Notes under the pieces: model-generated
The model's input: the letters and a program-made list of their open reading frames with translations, nothing else
The model's database searches: none
What the model was told of the DNA's origin: nothing
Assembly (NCBI GenBank): GCA_023485715.1
Contig: JAMCZG010000036.1
Span: 1-34,616, forward strand
Reading direction: 5' to 3'
DNA: 34,616 nt
Origin: Patescibacteria group bacterium
GTDB taxonomy: Bacteria > Patescibacteriota > Microgenomatia > Levybacterales > UBA12049
Program-made: the position numbers and the translations under genes
Shown here: piece by piece, positions 28,656 to 34,616 of the stretch
Numbering within the stretch: the first letter of the stretch is position 1
Layout of the letters: every line of letters starts with the position of its first letter

Positions 28656-29753
28656 ATGAGGAAAATAGCCGTAACGCAGCCCCTTTTTTCAGGAAAAGAA
28701 GTAGAATATGTTACAGACTGCATTAAATCAACGTGGGTTTCTTCAGGAAAATATATCGAATTGTTCGAAAAAAAATTTGCAACATTTTGCAACACGTCAT
28801 ATGCTTCTACATGTTCGAGTGGTACTACCGCCCTCCATTTAGTCTTTCTAGCACTAAAAATAAAGAAAAATGACGAGGTAATTATTCCGGATCTAACATA
28901 TGTCTCCACGGCAAACGTAATAAAATATGTAGGCGCGAGGCCAATTTTAGTTGATGTAGATAGAAATATTTGGACTATTAATCCAAAAAAGATCGAAGCG
29001 AAGATTACTAAAAACACAAAAGCAATTGTTGCAGTTCACTTGTATGGTCATCCGGCAGACATGGATAGTATTAATTTGATTGCAAAAAAACACAACTTAA
29101 TTGTTATAGAGGATGCTTGTGAAGCCCATGGGGCTTTATATAACGGCAAGAAAGTAGGATCGTTATCAAAAGTTGGATGTTTTAGTTTTTCGGGGGCTAA
29201 AATAATAACGACTGGCGAAGGTGGAATGATCGTTTCGAAAGACAAGGACTTAATGATGAGGATAGAGTCTATTAGATCAAATTTTATCGCTAAAAGTAGG
29301 CATTTTTTTCATTCTGATGTAGGATATCCTTATCGTTTCACAAATATTCAGGCTGCTCTTGGATTAGCCCAGTTGGAAAAAATAACTACACTAATGAATA
29401 TAAAAATAAAAAATGCAAGAATCTACAATACTTTGTTTAAGGACGAAGAAGTTATTCAGTTGCCACCCCAGAAGTCTTGGGCGAAAAATATTTTTTGGCT
29501 CTATTCAATCGTATTAAAAAAGTCTGGCTTAAGAGATAAGCTTATTTACCATTTGGAAGAAAAAGGTATTCAAACAAGACCTTTTTTTGTGCCCATACAT
29601 AAGCTACCCATGTATAAAAATCGAGAAAAGTTTCCAAATTCAGATTTTTTATCAGAAAATGGAATTAGCCTTCCTTCAGGTTTGACGTTAGATTCTAGGG
29701 ATATAGAACGTATCTGTAATGAAGTAAAAATTTTTTTAAAGACTCATGCTTAG
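28656..29753 (+). CDS. DegT/DnrJ/EryC1/StrS sugar aminotransferase (perosamine synthase-like)
   Basis: SSGTTALHL, VHLYGHP, IEDACEAHG, SFSGAKIITTGEGGM (PLP Lys), TRPFF, LPSG. Confidence 0.94.
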   Translation: MRKIAVTQPLFSGKEVEYVTDCIKSTWVSSGKYIELFEKKFATFCNTSYASTCSSGTTALHLVFLALKIKKNDEVIIPDLTYVSTANVIKYVGARPILVDVDRNIWTINPKKIEAKITKNTKAIVAVHLYGHPADMDSINLIAKKHNLIVIEDACEAHGALYNGKKVGSLSKVGCFSFSGAKIITTGEGGMIVSKDKDLMMRIESIRSNFIAKSRHFFHSDVGYPYRFTNIQAALGLAQLEKITTLMNIKIKNARIYNTLFKDEEVIQLPPQKSWAKNIFWLYSIVLKKSGLRDKLIYHLEEKGIQTRPFFVPIHKLPMYKNREKFPNSDFLSENGISLPSGLTLDSRDIERICNEVKIFLKTHA

Positions 29754-30333
29754 AAAAGGAAAAAAAGCTGACGTAAATAAACTCGCAAGAATACATTTTT
29801 TAGAATTAGAATCTGATTTTCTGCCAAGTCTAGGAGAAAAGTTTTTACGTTTGCTTTATTTAAATCTTATTCAAAGTAAAGATATCTATATATGGGTGGA
29901 AGATTCGAACGGTAACATACGAGGATTTGTAGTAGGGTCAGAGAATTTTGATGTCGTTTTTAAACAAATCATAATAAAAAATTTTATAAAATATATATTT
30001 TTAATTCTACCTCAGATTTTGAAAAAACCGGCCATAATTAATAATATAATTGAAACATTGTTTTACACAAGAAGAGTTAGGATCAACGCATCGAGAGCAG
30101 AACTTATTGTAATTTCGGTTTTAAAAAAATATCAAAGGATTGGACTAGGCAAGGGTTTAGTTTTTGCACTTGAAGAAACATTCATTTCAAAGAAAATAAA
30201 GCAATACAAGGTTTCTGTCAATGCTGCAAATTTAGTTGCAAATACATTTTATTCTAGTTTAAATTTTAAAAAAGTCAGTAATTTTTTTCTTTATGGAAAA
30301 AAAATTAATCTTTATATAAAAAAATTAAAATGA
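29746..30333 (+). CDS. GNAT N-acetyltransferase
   Basis: ELIVISVLKKYQRIGLGKGL, NLVANTFYSSLNF; overlaps the aminotransferase stop. Confidence 0.85.
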   Translation: MLRKGKKADVNKLARIHFLELESDFLPSLGEKFLRLLYLNLIQSKDIYIWVEDSNGNIRGFVVGSENFDVVFKQIIIKNFIKYIFLILPQILKKPAIINNIIETLFYTRRVRINASRAELIVISVLKKYQRIGLGKGLVFALEETFISKKIKQYKVSVNAANLVANTFYSSLNFKKVSNFFLYGKKINLYIKKLK

Positions 30334-31043
30334 CTCTCTCTGTCATACTTCCGACATATAACGAAAAAGATAATATTATCGAAATTATTGAAAAGATTGT
30401 AAAATCAATAGGAAATATCTCTTGTAAATATCAAATAGTAGTGGTAGACGATAATAGCCCCGATAAAACGGGAGAAATATGTAGGAAGTATTTTTATAAA
30501 AATAAACAAATAATAATTTATATTAGAAAAAAAGAAAAAGGATTTGCTTCAGCGATATATTTTGGTATAAAAAAATCCAAAGGAGATACGATTATTGTTA
30601 TGGATACTGACTTCAGTCATGATCCAGCCTTAATTCCTATCATGATTTCTAAGATGGAAACCTGTGATATTGTTATTGGTTCTCGATATGCAAAAAATGG
30701 AGGTGGAGAAGATAAGAAAAGGTATTTGCTGAGTAAAATTTATAATTTTTATTTAAAAAGTATCTTAAAAATAGAGATTTCAGATTTTTTGTTTGGGTAC
30801 TTTTGTGTTAGAAAAACATTTCTTATTAAAAAAGGCCTTTTAAATAAAAATATTTTTACAGGATTCGGAGATTATTTTATTAGACTTGCTTATTATATTA
30901 ATAAATCAGGAGGAACATTCTTAGAGATTCCCGCTTTTTACAAAAGTAGAATTCATGGAACTAGCAAATCTGATCTAAAAAAAATGTTATTCACTTATAC
31001 TAAAACTTCATTGCAATTGTTATTGAGGAATCTATACAAATGA
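30330..31043 (+). CDS. GT2 polyprenol-phosphate glycosyltransferase (DPM1-like)
   Basis: VILPTYNEKDNI, VVDDNSPDKT, MDTDFSHDP, IGSRY, RIHGTSK. Confidence 0.92.
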   Translation: MTLSVILPTYNEKDNIIEIIEKIVKSIGNISCKYQIVVVDDNSPDKTGEICRKYFYKNKQIIIYIRKKEKGFASAIYFGIKKSKGDTIIVMDTDFSHDPALIPIMISKMETCDIVIGSRYAKNGGGEDKKRYLLSKIYNFYLKSILKIEISDFLFGYFCVRKTFLIKKGLLNKNIFTGFGDYFIRLAYYINKSGGTFLEIPAFYKSRIHGTSKSDLKKMLFTYTKTSLQLLLRNLYK

Positions 31044-31054
31044 GATAATTTTTT

Positions 31055-31888
31055 GTGAGAAAAAAAGAGTTTAAAAATAAAATAAAAAAATCAACTATAA
31101 AAAAATATTTTAGACGATATTTGAAAATTGCCCCATTGTCTGTTGCACTATGTCGTTGTATTGAAGCAGCAAATTTATCAACTATAAGAATAAAACCGCC
31201 TATTTTAGATATTGGATGTGGGTTTGGAGAGTTTGCTCAAGTATTTTTTGACTACCCAGTTGACATGGGCGTTGATAATTCACCACTTGATTTAACTGCG
31301 GCATCGAAAATAAGCAAGTACAAGAACTTATTGCTTTCTGATGCGCGTACATTACCATTTCCAGATGAGACTTATACTACAATAGTTTCGGTCAGTACAA
31401 TGGAGCATATTAAAAATGTTGATAAAGTTTTTAAAGAAGCTTATAGAATTCTAAAACAAGATGGAGTTTTTATTGCTACTGTAGAAACAGATGCAGTTGA
31501 TAAGCATACATTTTATAGACCATTTTTAAAAAACCTCGGCCTCTCCTTCTTTAGCGAATTTCTTACGCGTTTATTTAATGCATTTTTTCATAGAAATACA
31601 TTATTATCTAAAAAAGATTGGAAAAAACGAATTGAAAACGCAGGATTTATAATAGAAGAATCACGCGACATTGTCTCTCCAATACTCATTAAGCTTTTTG
31701 ATATTTTTATTGTTACCGCTTGGCCTTCGCAATTATTGAGACCAATTATTGGAAAAAGAGTGGTTTATAGACCTCGATTCATTATTAGTTTTCTGACGGC
31801 ATTATTCATTAGATATTTAAAAGAAAAAGAAACTACTGGTGCCATACTTTTTGTTGTGGCTAGGAAACCAAGAAGAGAAGAAGTCTAA
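31055..31888 (+). CDS. Class I SAM-dependent methyltransferase (paralog B)
   Basis: ILDIGCGFGEFAQ, DARTLPF, STMEHI; colinear with 25189..25983 through to FVVARKP. Confidence 0.92.
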   Translation: MRKKEFKNKIKKSTIKKYFRRYLKIAPLSVALCRCIEAANLSTIRIKPPILDIGCGFGEFAQVFFDYPVDMGVDNSPLDLTAASKISKYKNLLLSDARTLPFPDETYTTIVSVSTMEHIKNVDKVFKEAYRILKQDGVFIATVETDAVDKHTFYRPFLKNLGLSFFSEFLTRLFNAFFHRNTLLSKKDWKKRIENAGFIIEESRDIVSPILIKLFDIFIVTAWPSQLLRPIIGKRVVYRPRFIISFLTALFIRYLKEKETTGAILFVVARKPRREEV

Positions 31889-31890
31889 TC

Positions 31891-33762
31891 TTATTTTATA
31901 TTATATAGATAATATGAGGGATGTGCAGAATAAGTTGATACCAAAGAGTAGTTTGAAGAATTACAGTCTGCTAGGCCAATTTTATCGCAGAACCATTCGA
32001 TATTTCCCCCTTTTATTAATAACTTAGATGCTCTCTTACTTTTTAAAATTTCAGTCGACATATTTTTTTTATCCAAGAGATTATTGATGTCGGCATAGGA
32101 AAAATCGGCGTAATAAAATCCAAAAATTCCGTAAGTTGCGACGAAATCGTCTTTTGATATGAATCTATCGAATTTGCGATCAAAATCGTAATAACTTGAA
32201 TTATCCCTTATAAGAATTCTCGTTAAATATCTGTTTTTATCCGCGAGTCCGATACTATAAGGTAAAATTAAAATCGTGTTTATAAAGAAGTAACTAAAAA
32301 CCGCAAAGCCTGTCGTGATAAAAATAAATCTCAAAACAGTATTTTTATAAAAAATGTTCTTAATCCCAAACGACAAAATGATTACGAGTAGAGTATATAG
32401 CGCTAAGAGATATCGACCGAAAGAATAAACAAATGGTCCAAAAAATACTATTAAAGAATTTAAAATAAAAAAAATTATGAAAAAAATATAAAAAGGAATC
32501 TTTTTTAACCGAGATAAATTTTGTCTAAAATCCAATAAGAAGAAAATAATCGATAAATATAATAACGGACCGAACACATTGAAATAAGAATTAAGGAAAC
32601 CGTAATGAAATCCGATATAATCATGTATTGTCGAAACAGCGGAAGGATATCCTAATAGATTTTCATTCAGAAGAAAAGGGGATAACGGATTTCCTTTTAA
32701 AATGAAAGCGCGTAGATACCATAGAAAAGAAGTTATAAAAACTCCTCCCAAAAAAATGAATACATATTTAATTAATAGTCTTGCTTTTTTTCTTCTTTGC
32801 ACGATTGAAATATATATAATGGGTGCTGGCAAAAAAGCGACTGTCCACAATCTCGTGGTGAGCATCGCTCCGAACATAACCCCAGATAAAAAAAGAAAGT
32901 TGATTTTTATAAATTTATTTTTTATTAACAGAAACGTAGAAAGTAATAAAAAATAAATCCACTGAAAATCAATATATTGAGATGATGTCTCCCGAATTAT
33001 TTCTGGAGCTGAAGCAAATAAAAGGGGAGTAAGGACAGGCAAACTTATTTTTTGTTTTTTAGAAAAAGAATAAAGAAGCAAAATAACCAAAATATAAAAG
33101 AAAAAATGTATGTATCTTGTTACCTCTTTTAATCCAAAAAATATGGGAATTAGATAATACATTTCTCCTAGTTGAGGAGCAGGAATTGCTACTAACGGAT
33201 CTTTTGCGAAAAGCATTATCGTATGTTCTTTTAGGTATCGTACGGGGAGATCGGTGTGGTACTGATCTTCTCTTATTTCGGGCAATTGTAGTCTTAAAAA
33301 AGCCAAAATAACGAACAAGAATAACAAAATAAATAAAGATTTGTTTAGTTTAAAATCAATGAGATCTTTTTTAAAAGATGTAAAAATATTTTGAATTGCC
33401 CGAATACGAAACGAAAAAGGATAAAATGCTACGAGTATGATAAAAATAAAATAAATAGAAAGTACATAATCATAAAATGCAGAGAAAAATCCGATTATGG
33501 TAATTCCTCCTACTATAATTAAATAGCCTATGGCTATTTCGATAAAAATGTCATAGTCGGTTGATTTAAAAAAGAGCGCTTTCACTTTCTTCCCGATTAG
33601 ATATGTAATCAAAAAAATAAAAAAAGAAACAAAAAGGTTGATGAGTATATGATAAAAGAAAGAAATAAAGTCTGTAAGCACAAATCCCTTGTAGTCATGA
33701 ACTAGATAGTCGTAATTAATCAGAAAGTTCGATAGTGGATTCGCTGTCGAAATATTCAACAT
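31891..33762 (-). CDS. Multi-TM membrane protein, GT-C-like (ArnT/PMT-related)
   Basis: Many TM segments, periplasmic REDQYHTDLP, GNPLSPF. Start moved to ATG 33762 because the track's extension to 33948 is antisense to a real GT2 and TTGAAA-18nt-TAAAAT precedes 33762. Confidence 0.75.
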   Translation of the reverse strand: MLNISTANPLSNFLINYDYLVHDYKGFVLTDFISFFYHILINLFVSFFIFLITYLIGKKVKALFFKSTDYDIFIEIAIGYLIIVGGITIIGFFSAFYDYVLSIYFIFIILVAFYPFSFRIRAIQNIFTSFKKDLIDFKLNKSLFILLFLFVILAFLRLQLPEIREDQYHTDLPVRYLKEHTIMLFAKDPLVAIPAPQLGEMYYLIPIFFGLKEVTRYIHFFFYILVILLLYSFSKKQKISLPVLTPLLFASAPEIIRETSSQYIDFQWIYFLLLSTFLLIKNKFIKINFLFLSGVMFGAMLTTRLWTVAFLPAPIIYISIVQRRKKARLLIKYVFIFLGGVFITSFLWYLRAFILKGNPLSPFLLNENLLGYPSAVSTIHDYIGFHYGFLNSYFNVFGPLLYLSIIFFLLDFRQNLSRLKKIPFYIFFIIFFILNSLIVFFGPFVYSFGRYLLALYTLLVIILSFGIKNIFYKNTVLRFIFITTGFAVFSYFFINTILILPYSIGLADKNRYLTRILIRDNSSYYDFDRKFDRFISKDDFVATYGIFGFYYADFSYADINNLLDKKNMSTEILKSKRASKLLIKGGNIEWFCDKIGLADCNSSNYSLVSTYSAHPSYYLYNIK

Positions 33763-33811
33763 AAATAATGTGTATTTTAAAATATAAGATGCTATAATTT
33801 CAATCGCTAAT

Positions 33812-34616
33812 GTGAATAAAAATAGATTTAGTTTAATTCTAACTGTTTTCAACGAGGAACACACGATTAGACGATTGATCAATTCTTTTTCTAAACAATC
33901 AAAAACTCCCGATGAAATTATTATTGTCGATGGAGGAAGTAACGACAATACCTTATCTATAATTCAAAATTCAAAATTCAAAATAAAAAATATAAGAGTA
34001 AAGATTATTACGAGAAAAGGAAATAGGTCTGTCGGGAGAAATGAGGCGATAAAAAAAGCGACCGGAAATATTATCTTATGCACGGATTCTGGATGTACAT
34101 TGGAGAATAAATGGGTTGAATATATTTCTAAACCGTTCGAAAATAAAGATGTAAAAGTGGTCGCGGGTTATTATAAAGGGATCTATAAAAATATGTTTCA
34201 GAAATCTCTAAACACGTACGTACTCGTTATGGAAGACAATATAAAAAAAGAATTTCTTCCTTCGACAAGGTCGATGGCGTTTAGAAAATCAGTTTGGAAA
34301 AAAATTGGTGGGTTTGATGAGACTTTGTCGCACAACGAAGATTACGAGTTTGCAAGAAAAATCAAAAAGTCGGGAATTAATATTTTTTTTGAAAGAAAAG
34401 CCGTAGTTGAATGGATGCCAAGGGAGAATCTAAAAGAGGCTTTTATAATGTTTTTCAGATTTGCTTTAGGAGATGCAGAAGCGAAAATTTTCCGGCCGAA
34501 AGTAATCCTTATTTTTTTAAGATACTTAGTATTTATATGTCTTGTTCTAATTGCATTTAAAACGAATTCAAGCATTTTGTATATTATTTTAATATTGCTT
34601 TTTTTATCGCCTCATT
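33812..34616 (+). CDS. Glycosyltransferase family 2 (3' end outside window; absent from ORF track)
   Basis: GTG 33812 reads MNKNRFSLILTVFNEE...IIIVDGGSNDNT...GRNEAIKKATGNIILCTDSG...IGGFDETLSHNEDYEF and stays open to the end. TGCTATAAT at 33790-33798. Confidence 0.92.
   Translation, partial: MNKNRFSLILTVFNEEHTIRRLINSFSKQSKTPDEIIIVDGGSNDNTLSIIQNSKFKIKNIRVKIITRKGNRSVGRNEAIKKATGNIILCTDSGCTLENKWVEYISKPFENKDVKVVAGYYKGIYKNMFQKSLNTYVLVMEDNIKKEFLPSTRSMAFRKSVWKKIGGFDETLSHNEDYEFARKIKKSGINIFFERKAVVEWMPRENLKEAFIMFFRFALGDAEAKIFRPKVILIFLRYLVFICLVLIAFKTNSSILYIILILLFLSPH
33961..33984 (+). repeat. (AATTCAA)x3 tandem 7-mer in frame inside GT2
   Basis: aattcaa aattcaa aattcaa aat; encodes IQNSKFKI. Confidence 0.85.

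Noticed and set aside
33763-33948. N-terminal extension of the 685-aa minus-strand ORF
   Set aside because: It is antisense to a clear GT2 gene starting at 33812; ATG 33762 has its own promoter-like elements.
21695-34616. Integrative element or prophage inserted at tRNA-Val
   Set aside because: No integrase, phage gene or duplicated tRNA 3' end was seen; only a change in composition and gene content.

Overview
Low-GC bacterial chromosomal window, code 11 (TGA is used as a stop). Gene content and the near-absence of Shine-Dalgarno sites resemble Patescibacteria/CPR (Microgenomates-like); this taxonomy is an inference. 1-13.7 kb is a peptidoglycan/division cluster: murB, murA, uridylyltransferase-only glmU, GNA1-like GNAT, frameshifted HAD, glmS, membrane-anchored murF-like ligase, mraY, ftsW, murG, ftsQ-like, ftsA and ftsZ. 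ftsZ has an in-frame TAA inside a 21-bp reverse-complement copy of ftsA sequence. 13.7-21.7 kb holds a secreted Trp-rich protein behind a leader-peptide/terminator/anti-SD element, a methyltransferase, ileS (type 2, GVHH motif), rodA, rplU, rpmA, parB, lepB and tRNA-Val(CAC). 21.8-34.6 kb is an accessory surface/glycosylation region: Kelch + C39-like peptidase protein, GT4, two paralogous methyltransferases, two GT-C-like membrane proteins, DegT aminotransferase, GNAT, DPM1-like GT2 and a GT2 truncated by the window end. Best candidates for new biology are a split, eukaryote-order UDP-GlcNAc pathway embedded in the mur operon, an attenuator-like RNA switch, in-frame 7-nt-period repeat tracts in three genes, and HIP1-like CGATCG enrichment. 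All counts and alignments were made by eye.
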